DNA from: Octopus bimaculoides
Lineage: Eukaryota
Assembly: GCF_001194135.2 (NCBI RefSeq)
Contig: NC_068992.1
Location: forward strand, 16,001,665 to 16,065,664
Length of the DNA stretch: 64,000 nucleotides
Direction of reading: 5' to 3'
Of the stretch, positions 25,117 to 37,573 are shown piece after piece. Made by a program: the position numbers and the translations under genes. The notes below the pieces were generated by a model, which saw nothing but the letters and a program-made list of their open reading frames with translations, searched no databases and was not told the origin of the DNA. Each line of letters begins with the position of its first letter. Positions within the stretch are counted from its first letter, which is position 1.

Positions 25117-27573
25117 CAATATTAATTATACGTCTATATTTTCAAAAAGTTTCTAAATACATTGTGCACCATATCAAACGGAAGTCTTAATTTTCAATGA
25201 AGGGGAACAATGCCATCAACATTTATAATTTTAGTTACACTAAGTATTTTCAATATGAATGCGTTAAAATGCATACTCATAGCTCTTTATCAGATCAGCA
25301 CAAATCTCACAGGAAGAATTTTGATATTTTATCTCAAATAAAAGTGTTGTTTGCATTTAGTAGCACTAATGTTTGTTGGTCGATCTAACTAGTAATAACA
25401 ATTTGTGATCCCAAAACGCGTGTTCCTTTATCTTGTAAAGAGAAATCAATATTAGATGTTCAAGTGACAAGTTTCATAAATCGTCTTCTTGCCATGCAAA
25501 GGCCTCTAAGTATTTATGGTCACTTTCGAAAACACTTTCGCTTAGCATATGAAGTCAGATAATGAAGCCAAATAAGTGCAGCCTGTAAAGAAGCATTTTC
25601 AAATCGCTGATTTTCTTTTCCATAAAAGAAATTCACATTTAATATCTTAATAAACAAGGGAAATTAGCAAATCTTATTCCAATGTACAAACGTACGGTAT
25701 GCAACTACATCCAGCTAACGTAATTTTATATGTTCATAACTAGACACCGGCTCGAAAACGAAATTTTCATAAGCGGTGCAAACCTAGGCGGCCAACATTT
25801 TTTTTTACAATGGTGTTTTTGTTTTTTTTTATTATTTATTGTTATTTTTTGTTCTTTGAGGAGAAACCTAACTTCAAACTCCTTTTTATAGGTCACTTTT
25901 TACATTTCCTTTTGTTTTCTAAACCTGAGAAAAGTAAGTAGGGGTGCAAATTTTGATTTTACAACCCACAGAAATTTTAGGCAATGCGCTTGGACCCCCT
26001 GTTCCCGGGCCCATTCACCGAAAGAATATCCTATTTCTGCCTATTGAGTAAAACACAGCGTAAAGTCTTCATTTTTACTTTTATGTATTACAAAAATATT
26101 CCTGTTAAAATATTGAAGATTTAGCAAGGCTACTTCAGTTATCCTTTTCCCTACACATGACATTTTTGTGGAGATATTTATCTCAGTTTGATATGAGGAC
26201 ATATATATGTATGCAAGAATTCAATTAAAAAAAACCAACAAAAAAACACAACACCTGTAACAGAACATAGAATATGTATTTCTGCTTTATAGCATGTCAT
26301 TTCATTACCGATGAGTATTAGTCCTCTTAGTCGGATGGCTTTGATCATAATTAATTTTGTATTTTCATCTACATCAAAAGAATTGCTTGTGCAACGCATT
26401 ATTAATCTTACTAAAGCAGCACATCATTAACTAATTGTAATTATGATAGCTTCCTTTTGATACATTAGATTACACATGCAAAGTATTGTATATGTTATAA
26501 GGGTAAAATTAGTATACCACTGTGACAGTAGGAAAACAGATCTTTGTTAATAATGTTTATAGATAAGTGGAGCAGTAACAGCTTAACGTTCACACGTAAA
26601 CAATTCATTTAGTGAGCAAAAATATATTTGGATCAATACCTATCTCTATTATCCGTAATATTTTACTGATGAGAGTCAAATTACTCCTGGACAGACTGCT
26701 TGTCATTTTGAATTGATATTAGAAGCAATACTTCAAAGCAAATACTTCATCTCTCAACGATATCAGTAGTTGTTCATAACAACTTCAGTAACAACTAAAT
26801 GCTACGTTGCTTGTGTATATAGAGAAGTAAGTGTTGTAACAATATAAACAAATAAAAACTGGCTTTCCAGTTAGTATCCTTTCCAATAGGATACTTATGG
26901 CAGTGACTCTGCTTCACATTAAACCTCATTCATAGTAAAAGTGACGTTCCCGTAATGATTAAAATATTCTGGAGGTAATCGATAATACCATGGAAAACAA
27001 ATTCGTTAGTATATTTTCTCATTGGTCAGCGTGATGAGAGATCAATCACAGCGTGAAACCCATAACATGATGAGAAATAGGGTAAACAACCGTGAGGTAT
27101 TATTTATTTTCTGTTTGCGATAAAAAATTGAGAGAAATGCCAAGGACACAGGTCACCACCCGAAAGTTAACGTTCGAAAAATAATTGCATATGGTGATTG
27201 ATACAATTATCTGTAATTTCATCAAATATTATTGATACATATTTATTTATTTGATTTAGCATCCATCTGTTGATCCGAAGTTTCGTTAACATTGGTAGAA
27301 TTGAAAAAAAAAAAAAACATTGTGCAAACCAAAACATGAAGTAAAACAAGTTTATATCGCTAATATTTTTTAAAGATACGTTTTATTGCGTGTTGCATGG
27401 TTTATCATCTTATTCTCAAACTATGAAAAAAATTGGGCTCATACTGTTATTATTAAGCTATGTCGATATCGCAATGCTAATATTAAATCAAGACTTTCAC
27501 GTCGGATCCGATTCCGGTCAAATTTACTGTGTGCGTGAGAAAGGGGGTGAAAGAAAAATAGATACTTTGGTAG

Positions 27574-27613
<40 letters not shown>

Positions 27614-27763
27614 GGGGGATAGATACACACTAGTCGCACATATACCTAAAAAAATCACTTCAGTCACCGTAATATAGGTGACCTACACATTACATGAAAC
27701 AACACATACGCACACCACGCACACACACACACACACACTCATACATAAATATATACATATATA

Positions 27764-27809
<46 letters not shown>

Positions 27810-27954
27810 CATACATATATCTGTGGGGGTCTCTGTATTCTTATATACTTAACATATGTGTATACATAAATATATGTAATATGTATACACAGACACACAC
27901 ATTATATATATATATATATATACATATGTATATATACACAAACACACACATATA

Positions 27955-27990
<36 letters not shown>

Positions 27991-28162
27991 TATGCGTATA
28001 TACAGAGAGAGAGAGAGAGAGAGAGATAAATATAGGTATATTTACTTATGCATATGTATATGTATGCAATATGATAAATTTGAATTCTACATACATACGC
28101 CTACACATATCCTGCATACACATACATACACATATATACATACATGTATCTGTATATATCTA

Positions 28163-28195
<33 letters not shown>

Positions 28196-29161
28196 NNNNN
28201 NNNNNNNNNNNNNNNNNNNNNNNNNNNNNNNNNNNNNNNNNNNNNNNNNNNNNNNNNNNNNNNNNNNNNNNNNNNNNNNNNNNNNNNNNNNNNNNNNNNN
28301 NNNNNNNNNNNNNNNNNNNNNNNNNNNNNNNNNNNNNNNNNNNNNNNNNNNNNNNNNNNNNNNNNNNNNNNNNNNNNNNNNNNNNNNNNNNNNNNNNNNN
28401 NNNNNNNNNNNNNNNNNNNNNNNNNNNNNNNNNNNNNNNNNNNNNNNNNNNNNNNNNNNNNNNNNNNNNNNNNNNNNNNNNNNNNNNNNNNNNNNNNNNN
28501 NNNNNNNNNNNNNNNNNNNNNNNNNNNNNNNNNNNNNNNNNNNNNNNNNNNNNNNNTATAGATATACATGTATATTTATGTTTATGCATATATAAACTTA
28601 TATACTGTTAGATAATTCAAGCGTAGTCATGTTGGTCAGGGCAAAAGAATTACGTGCATTGCCTAGATCAATTGAAATGTAATCTATTATATAAAAAACT
28701 ACAAAAGAGGACACCTGCAGTCTTAGAGAATCGAGAAAAAAAACCCAACCCGTACAAAGAAAAAACGTATATTAAACGAAAGAACAATCCCCTGCAGAAA
28801 TCAAGCGTACACTCATCAGTTTATGATAATGCATCTTACATAGTTAATTTGAATTCTATACGCAATATGCTATTTCATATGCAACACTAGTATTTTCGAA
28901 AGAAAAAAGAGCAAATATGCTTTAAAACAACATTAAAAGAAAAGATGTTAACAAACATATTGAAACAACAATTGATGCTTCAAAGAATGTAAGCAACAAT
29001 GATAATATTTTTCTGTTAGAATGGATAAGTAAAGTAATCTATTTGTATGACCTTAGAGAAATTCACATGTGTAATGTTATACATATGAATGTGGATGTAT
29101 GTTATACATACATGCACAAAACACTCCATTACACACAGACGCGAGCAAACGCACACAGACT

Positions 29162-29239
<78 letters not shown>

Positions 29240-29634
29240 NNNNNNNNNNNNNNNNNNNNNNNNNNNNNNNNNNNNNNNNNNNNNNNNNNNNNNNNNNNNN
29301 NNNNNNNNNNNNNNNNNNNNNNNNNNNNNNNNNNNNNNNNNNNNNNNNNNNNNNNNNNNNNNNNNNNNNNNNNNNNNNNNNNNNNNNNNNNNNNNNNNNN
29401 NNNNNNNNNNNNNNNNNNNNNNNNNNNNNNNNNNNNNNNNNNNNNNNNNNNNNNNNNNNNNNNNNNNNNNNNNNNNNNNNNNNNNNNNNNNNNNNNNNNN
29501 NNNNNNNNNNNNNNNNNNNNNNNNNNNNNNNNNNNNNNNNNNNNNNNNNNNNNNNNATATGTGTGTGTGTGTGTGTGTGTATGCCTGTGTGCTGTGTGTA
29601 TTCCTCTCTCTGTGTGTCTATGTGTGTATGTATC

Positions 29635-29684
<50 letters not shown>

Positions 29685-30754
29685 CACACACAGACACACA
29701 CATATATATATAAATATATACATGCATACTCAGTAAAATTCACAGGTGCGCGGATGTGTGGCTATGCAGCTGCGAGAATCTACAGCACGATTGCAAGGAA
29801 ACTAGCAAAACAATTGAAATATAAAGGATCTGTTATATTAATCCAATTATATTTTGTTGCCAGCAATAATTAATTGCATGTTTTACTTTTAATGTTATAT
29901 ATAAAGACATTCTCAATAATTGAATATCTCATTTATTAACGTTTCTATTGAAGATTCTTTCGTAGCCATATGGTAGCAGTGCCTCTTATATTAACTTCAA
30001 ATGACTTTTGGCTATTCATTTGTCGTTCACGTAATTAAAAGGAGGGTTATACCAGTTACTTGTGTTTTTTAATTACATTATTGGATTTTTTGCTGTTAAT
30101 TCTTATGTAATAAATGCTCTTCTTTTCATCTGTTCAAACAATAATAGGCAATATTATGGTACACGTTCTCATCGAATGACACTGTGGAGAAACAATTCCT
30201 TTCTATTCTACAAATGCCTATTCAGTAAGTCTCTCACTTAGTTTATTGCAGTATTTCAATTGATTTTATTTAGTATACCCGTAAATGTTTGACTAAAACA
30301 TATACTAAATATTAATCCCTATATTTTCCTATAAACTGTTTGCACCTCACTAATATGGAGATAAAGATTACTTAAAACGATGCTGTTACTATGATTTGAT
30401 AAAGCATCAGTGAATAATAAAGGACATCACTTCTTTCAATACTATTATAGGATCAATGTCACTATGGCGAGAAATTTCCAAACCTAATAATTATAGTTTT
30501 AACCATTGTAAGAAACAAAAAACTAAAGAGCCGATTGTATCGCCATAATGATCGAGCACTCGTTATGAAAATAAACAATCTCTATACTCATATTTACAGA
30601 CTTTGAATAATTTAAATACACAGATGACACAAAATTCCAATAATATTTAAAATTTGTCATTCCAAGTATAGAATTTGTACACGGTGTAATTGAGGGTTTT
30701 ATTTATCGAGGGTTTTATTTAAAGTGACTTAAAGAATATATATGGAAGATTAAA

Positions 30755-30795
<41 letters not shown>

Positions 30796-30844
30796 TGGAA
30801 TCATGCAGATGTCTGTATGTGTTCGTGTGTGCATGTCATGCTCG

Positions 30845-30924
<80 letters not shown>

Positions 30925-30935
<11 letters not shown>

Positions 30936-31115
30936 GTATACCTGAATGTCTGTGTTTGTTCCGCACCACTGCTTCACAGCCGATATTACTTTTAACGCCC
31001 CATAATTTTGTGGCTCGGCAAAACAGAACGATAAAATAAGTACCAGGATTCGTCCGTTCGACTAAAATCTTCAAGGCGGTACCACAGCATGGTCGCACTC
31101 TAATGACTGAAACAC
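30925..31115 (+). mobile_element. SINE family B, 3' half
   Basis: GTGTTTGTTCCGCACCAC..GATAAAATAAGTACCAGG..CGACTAAAATCTTCAAGGCGGTACCACAGCATGG..TGACTGAAAC. Confidence 0.75.
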
Positions 31116-31394
31116 GAGAGAGAGAGAGGGAAAGAGGAGGGTGAGAAACAGAGGGATATATATATATATACATAGAGAGAGAGAGAGAAAAGAAAAGATT
31201 TATCCCTCGGATAAAATTGTGAACTAAGTTGTCTTCTGTATTATAATATCTTTTGATGTTGATAAGCGATAGTAATTGCTTCTTGGTTGAGTAGAAGCTG
31301 AAGAGAAAGATTAATTATCAAAATAAGAAAAAAGAAAAACAGACAATATAAATTTCGGAATTTACTGCAAATGTGATTTCAGAGAAGGCGCATG

Positions 31395-31546
31395 CGTGGC
31401 TGTGTGGAAAGATGTTTGCTTCTCAATTGCATGGTTCCGTGTTCAGTCCTACGGCGTGGCTCCTCAGGCAAGTGTTTTCTATTATAGCGTCGGGTTATAT
31501 AGCCTTGTGACTGGATTTAGTAGACGGAAACTGAAAAAAGGACGTG

Positions 31547-31617
<71 letters not shown>

Positions 31618-31626
31618 TACATACAC

Positions 31627-31671
<45 letters not shown>

Positions 31672-31925
31672 TATATACGCGTGTGGAGGTACGTGCATTT
31701 GTGCGTGAGTGTTTTTGTGGTTTTCTTCGTCCAGCACCAGCAATTGACAACCGGTGCTGGCTTGTTTACGTCCGCGTATCTTTGAAGTACTGCAAAAGAG
31801 ACCGATATAATAAGTAGCAGCCCTAAAAGAAAACAAAAGAGTACTGTGGTTGTTTCATTCGACTAAAAATTATTCAAGGCGATGCCCCAGCATGGCTGCC
31901 TGTCGAATGTCAGAAACATAAAAGT
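31395..31925 (+). mobile_element. SINE family B, full length, with internal (CA)n
   Basis: GTGGCTGTGTGG (A box)..GTTCAGTCC (B box)..GGATTTAGTAGACGGAAACTGAAA..CCCCAGCATGGC. Confidence 0.85.
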
Positions 31926-33484
31926 TAAAAGAAGCAAACTTTACGATATTTTCATTTTATGCTTCATTTGAATTGCCGATGCTTCGAGCATCAGAGTTGT
32001 AACAATAAGTTTTGAAGGGCTGTAAGAATACACTTTGAAGTTAATGCAAAATGTTTATGAAAATAAGACTAATGTAGTTTTACTTGAAACGGTGGAATTA
32101 ATTTTAAGCTTATATAATTTTATTTGCTCTTCACTGATTTACTCTTTCACTTGTTTTAGTTATTAGATTGCTGCAATGGCGAATCACAGTCTTGATAGGT
32201 TTAGCGAATGAAATCCTTGCCAATATTTATTTAAAATCTTATACTTATTCTATCGATTTTCTTCTTGCAAACTTCTAGTTAACGGAGTCATAAACATGAA
32301 AAAAAACTGTTTATCAACCAGTAAAAGACAAACCAGTAACAGAAGGACTGGTAAAAGAAACATTGTCCGTCAACGAGTTCAAAATAGGATGCATATACAC
32401 ATAATATACGTGTATGTTCGTGCGTGTTTCTGTGAACGTATGTTTAGTGTGTGTGTGTTTGTGTATGCGATAGGTTTCTGCATGGCTCCCTTTTAAGGTA
32501 TTGATCGGCCTAAATCACTTGCCCAAATTGTCCCACAGTGGTACTGAACTCGACCCCGCCTAGTTGTGAAATGAACATCTTAATCAAACAGCTATGTTTG
32601 CGCCTATTTTTATAAAATATACTATTTGTCGATGCAGAACATTTCTAGGTCCTTTCGAATTTATTGTTTTATTATAATATAATCTTATTATTTCAGAAAT
32701 TCTGAAAGACCTAAAAGACATGTAAACAAATAAATACATGACGGGAACAATAATCGTTGTTGCATGAGACAAGTCAACAGAGTATTTCACATGCTTACAA
32801 AACTGTGAGTGTTACACATCCACATTCAAAGATACTGTAATGAAATTAGCCATTCATGCACATTTCTGTATGTCATCGCCTGACAAACGAAATCTAATAA
32901 TAACATTTTGCAGCAAACTCAGGACAAGGCCAAGTTCCATCAAATAGATTAGCAAATACTTATGTGTCTAAAAATTTGCAGAAATATCAACAAAATCACT
33001 ATTTTAATATTCTGCCTCTGATAAAAACTATTTTTTTTCCTTTGAAAGACCTAATATACTTTATCTACAGTATCTAACTATTGAGTTTAAAATCAAATTA
33101 CAATTTTTCTGCTTTCTTAATTTAAAAATAAATTCCAATTAGTTTTCCTAAATAGATGTTTCAGTAGATATTCCTCCGAATATTTAGGCATATAAGTAAT
33201 TGCTACCTAATCTATTTTGGAGACTATTCTTGAGCTAGTTTCCTACCAACTCCTGTTATTTGATTACATTTGTCAGACGGTGACAGACATACTCACAGAC
33301 AGATAATACTACTAAAGTTGTGTGTTTTACTTTTTTTCAATTTAAGGTGGCGATTGGTTTACTAGCTGCATTATCCCATCTTAATATTGTCATTTAGACA
33401 TTGTAGTAAAATGGTAGAATAGCTGGAACATATCTCTGATGCATTCATCGGTGGCATTTGAGCTCATGGATATATGCTCGAATG

Positions 33485-33610
33485 CAGAGATCCCCCAATC
33501 CCTGAGCTGCAGACCAGTACCAGGTTGTGGATCATTGGTACCGGGCAGTTCAGAAAAGGATAAATGTTTAAATTTTATTTCTACTTTATTTACAATCGCA
33601 CGCAGCAGGG
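33485..33610 (+). mobile_element. hAT (Charlie-like) non-autonomous end
   Basis: CAGAGATCCCCCAATCCCTGAGCTGCAGACCAGTACC resembles the CAGGGGTCCCCAACCCC.GGGCCGCGGACCGGTACC terminus of Charlie-type MITEs. Only one end is seen. Confidence 0.45.
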
Positions 33611-33677
33611 TGTTTTCCAATTACACACACATGCACACGCGGACACACACACACGCACGCACATGCAATCACACTCA

Positions 33678-33739
<62 letters not shown>

Positions 33740-34070
33740 NNNNNNNNNNNNNNNNNNNNNNNNNNNNNNNNNNNNNNNNNNNNNNNNNNNNNNNNNNNNN
33801 NNNNNNNNNNNNNNNNNNNNNNNNNNNNNNNNNNNNNNNNNNNNNNNNNNNNNNNNNNNNNNNNNNNNNNNNNNNNNNNNNNNNNNNNNNNNNNNNNNNN
33901 NNNNNNNNNNNNNNNNNNNNNNNNNNNNNNNNNNNNNNNNNNNNNNNNNNNNNNNNNNNNNNNNNNNNNNNNNNNNNNNNNNNNNNNNNNNNNNNNNNNN
34001 NNNNNNNNNNNNNNNNNNNNNNNNNNNNNNNNNNNNNNNNNNNNNNNNNNNNNNNNNNNNNNNNNNNNTA

Positions 34071-34101
<31 letters not shown>

Positions 34102-34134
34102 TGCTGATAAAGGGAACTGAAGATGGATTTCATA

Positions 34135-34370
34135 CGAATGTTTATTCACCACAACGATCGTTTGGACCTATCCTGCATCCATCCCATAAGGGTAGGATAT
34201 TGTGCCTCTAGTTGTATTGCATCAGTCAGTGCAGGATGCGTCACTTCGAGTGACACGACACCTGAAGTAACAGAACATACATCGATTGATACAACGCATC
34301 CAGATGCACAATATCCTACGGGGAAGATGCAGAATGGGTCAAAACGATCGGCGTGCTGAATAAAAATTCG
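34135..34370. mobile_element. Imperfect fold-back element/MITE (arms about 75-90 bp)
   Basis: TTATTCACCACAACGATCGTTTGGACC..GTAGGATATTGTGC pairs with GCACAATATCCTAC..GGTCAAAACGATCG..TGAATAA. TA on the left, TG on the right. The ORF track gives near-identical peptides on both strands. Confidence 0.75.
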
Positions 34371-34386
34371 TGCTAAATCCATCTTA

Positions 34387-34528
34387 CGTATATAATTATA
34401 AAAATATAACTATAGTTAAGGGCTACTGGACGTGACCATCGCCAATGCTAGAAGTTGATGTCAAATACCTACAAATCACTCTAAAATTTTAGCCTTTAAC
34501 TATAGTTATATTTTTATAATTATATACG
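34387..34528. mobile_element. TA-flanked MITE with about 39-bp TIRs
   Basis: TA|CGTATATAATTATAAAAATATAACTATAGTTAAGGGCTA ... TAGCCTTTAACTATAGTTATATTTTTATAATTATATACG|TA, one mismatch. Confidence 0.8.
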
Positions 34529-34618
34529 TAAAACAATTTATGTTACCTAGTCGGTTATTATTATGTGCTGGGCTACTGATATAATCATGTTTATGATTAT
34601 ATCCGTATCTTATAAGTA

Positions 34619-34651
<33 letters not shown>

Positions 34652-35327
34652 AATAATTGAATTATATATTATGCAGTTCATTGTGTTTTGTTATGCGCTC
34701 GATCCCTCGGTCCGTAGAAAAATTATCTTGGATGAAATCGGTCCACGGTGCGAAAAAAGTGTGGAATCTGCTTCTGCAATGAGATAATAAAAACGGCACG
34801 TAACCATCTTGTATGTCAGGTCACGGTTCATGTGTCCCGGTTTTTATAAGTGATATTATACATGATGATAACTGATTTCAAATTGTGGCACATGGCCAAG
34901 AACATGATAATAATTATAAGCAAAAATGCAAGCAGTTAGGCATCACTGCCTAGTTGTATTTTATGGAAACGAAATTAGGATTCATTGGACAGATTATCGT
35001 TACTGTTAATGTTGTTAGGCCGCCATATATTCTCGTTATGACGTCAAATATATTCATTTGTTCGACATGTTCTGTCTTCAATTCCGAGCACGTCTTTTCT
35101 GTAGTTATATAAATGGAGAATTTAGCCATTTGTTAAATTAAATTATATATATGATACACACTTCAGTACTTCGCATTTAACTTTATCTTAAATCTTTTTT
35201 GGCGACTCGATCGGAAGAAAATTTATGTATATGCACATTCACATACATCAGACTACTAAATATGTGCGCGCGCAGGCGTCTGTGTGTGTGTGCAAATATA
35301 TATATATATATACATATNNNNNNNNNN

Positions 35328-35367
<40 letters not shown>

Positions 35368-36490
35368 GTATATAAGTTTATGTGTACGCTTGCATGCATA
35401 TATATATACATTCATATATACATATATGTATACACACAGATATACATATATATATATGTATGTATGTATGTATGTATCCTTGCATGTGTAAATGTGTATG
35501 TTATTGCAATACGTTTATGCTTACATTTTAAAAACTGAATATCTTTTTATTTGTTAATTTTTAATGTATTCAGTGTATTTATTTTCATTTTTCACCAAAC
35601 TATGCTCATTAATATTCTATAATATAAATTTTTTACCTTGGTATTCGTAGCCATCGTGTTTTGTGCGTTTTTTTCTTCAACAACGAGTTTTTGTCTCACC
35701 TATAATTACAGCACGTAACATACTTCTGAATAGTCATTTTCAACTATTTTTCTATTATTTGAATATGTTGATATATAATTCTGTATCGTATGCTCATATA
35801 TATTATAATTGCGTTAAAATGCATTAAAGTAGCCTCATATTTTGAATAATAGAGGTTTAGAAGAATATGTGTTACCAGATGTAGGAACTCCTGCTATATG
35901 CACAAATTTGTTCTTCACGTCATATCTTTCAAGTCTATACTAGAAATATACAGCTGCAACCGCGTATTCATGGAATAACATATAGTTGCAGATGAGATGT
36001 TACGGAACGTACGTATAATAGTGTGATATTCTAAAATCAAATCCAGAGATTAATAGCTTTCCAGCAAGAAATCTTGCATAAAATTACGCCTTAAATAAGA
36101 AATATATCCTGGTGGAATCGTAATGTTGATGATATTTTAATAAAAAGATTTTACAGTTTTATTTCCTCGCTAACACAGAAGTAGATCCCTGGATCATGAC
36201 ATTTCACGATCCATGACACAGCTCTCTTAGCTATATATGTAATATAGTGAGTAGATACAACTTCAGTGTGTATGCAGGAAAGTAATTTCATATATTCTCG
36301 CATGCGCTGAAATAGTATAGGGATCGCATACAGATAAGAGTTTTATCTTCAAAATCGTCATAGCAACAGACCAGAGTTTCTGCGGCTATTTTATATAGTA
36401 CACCACTTAAGGAAGCTTACTGTTGTAGGCAATCTTACTGATTAATACGGTTCTATATTTAAGAGATGAGGAATTATGTACATTATTTGA

Positions 36491-36645
36491 ATTATTTACA
36501 ATTGACGGATATTTGTCCTCATCTTGTTTGTTATTAACACAATGTTTCGGCTGATATACCTTCCAGCCTTCATCAGGCATATGGCGCAGTGGTTAAGAGC
36601 GCGGGCTACGAACCCCAAAATTCCGTGTTCGATTCCAGGCAGTGG

Positions 36646-36723
<78 letters not shown>

Positions 36724-36859
36724 TAACATCGGAAAATACCTTAGGAATGAGAACCCAGCTTCGAAATTTCCCCCAAGACACCTGATGAAGCCTGGAGTGT
36801 ATATCAGCCGAAACATTGTGTAAACAACAAGCACGATGAGGACAAATAATGTAAATAAT
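36491..36859 (+). mobile_element. tRNA-headed SINE (family D) with a Penelope-type hammerhead tail and a 5' inverted copy of its 3' end
   Basis: A box TGGCGCAGTGG 36582-36592, B box GTTCGATTCC 36627-36636, (TAA)n, then the HHR at 36777-36821. Segment 36491-36577 is the reverse complement of 36781-36859. Confidence 0.8.
36777..36821 (+). ncRNA. Minimal type I hammerhead ribozyme motif (Penelope-like), probably decayed
   Basis: Stem I ACAC/GTGT; CTGATGA 36782-36788; extra A; stem II G(C)CTG/CAGCC, which is perfect GGCTG/CAGCC in the inverted copy; GAAA 36810-36813; CATT, with predicted cleavage after 36817. Confidence 0.65.
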
Positions 36860-37417
36860 CTTACTGAATGTTCCCATCACATACAGTGAAATATAATCGT
36901 TATAGGGCACCACATTATAAAAACAAAATTTTCAGGTTGTAACGTCAGCGATAAATTAAAGAGTAACAATAATAAATTGAAGTAAATATCTTTTGATTTC
37001 TAGATTTATAGATACTCAGCATCTGAGAGTTACTGTAGTTTATGAGTGGCATCTTCATGTGAATAATGCATAATGTATTTTTTACCTGCCAATAGCGAAG
37101 GAATTCATATTAGTGTCGATATTAATGCTATTTTCTCCAATGTGTGTTTCATTGTATCTCGTATTATACGCTTTATGAGAAAAGGAACAGCTCTCTCTAG
37201 AGAAGATGGCATGATAACGTCGTAAAATTTCAATCTATTCACCCACACAAGTTCACAGTCTACTGTCTGCCGTATCGAATTATGGTTCCATGGCGTCGTC
37301 TACGGCCTTAGAGCAATGTGTCATATATTATTCCTTTTGTTTTGTTCTTTTTTTAATTTAGTTTTTCCTTTATTCTCTACTAGATGTTTTGCAGTTCAAC
37401 TATTTTCTCTCTTTAAG

Positions 37418-37573
37418 GAAGCCAACGAATATAAAATTGACACTGATATGACAGACAAACGTGAGGTAAAACGAGAAGCACTAGCGGAAATTGTGACAAA
37501 GCGGTTGAAAACTAAACTAAATGTTGGGCTACAGAACGTGCGAAAAGTGAAGTCACTAGAAGCCTCTGCTTAG
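37418..37573 (+). CDS. Putative terminal coding exon of an unidentified host gene
   Basis: Strong acceptor TATTTTCTCTCTTTAAG|G. Only phase 0 is open: EANEYKIDTDMTDKREVKREALAEIVTKRLKTKLNVGLQNVRKVKSLEASA*. The sequence is unique and non-repetitive, with AATAAA downstream. No family recognised and no partner exons confirmed. Confidence 0.35.
   Translation, partial: EANEYKIDTDMTDKREVKREALAEIVTKRLKTKLNVGLQNVRKVKSLEASA

Noticed and set aside
25775-26045. TAGGC..GCCTA-bounded segment, possible hAT MITE
   Set aside because: The terminal match is only 5 bp and no TSD was found.
30147-30225. Plus-strand candidate exon ending TTCA|GTAAGT
   Set aside because: Two frames are open and neither is recognisable, and the acceptor is mediocre.
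36582-36650. Functional tRNA-Arg(ACG) gene
   Set aside because: The anticodon stem is broken, there is no acceptor stem or T-run terminator, and the sister copy has a different loop. It is a SINE head.
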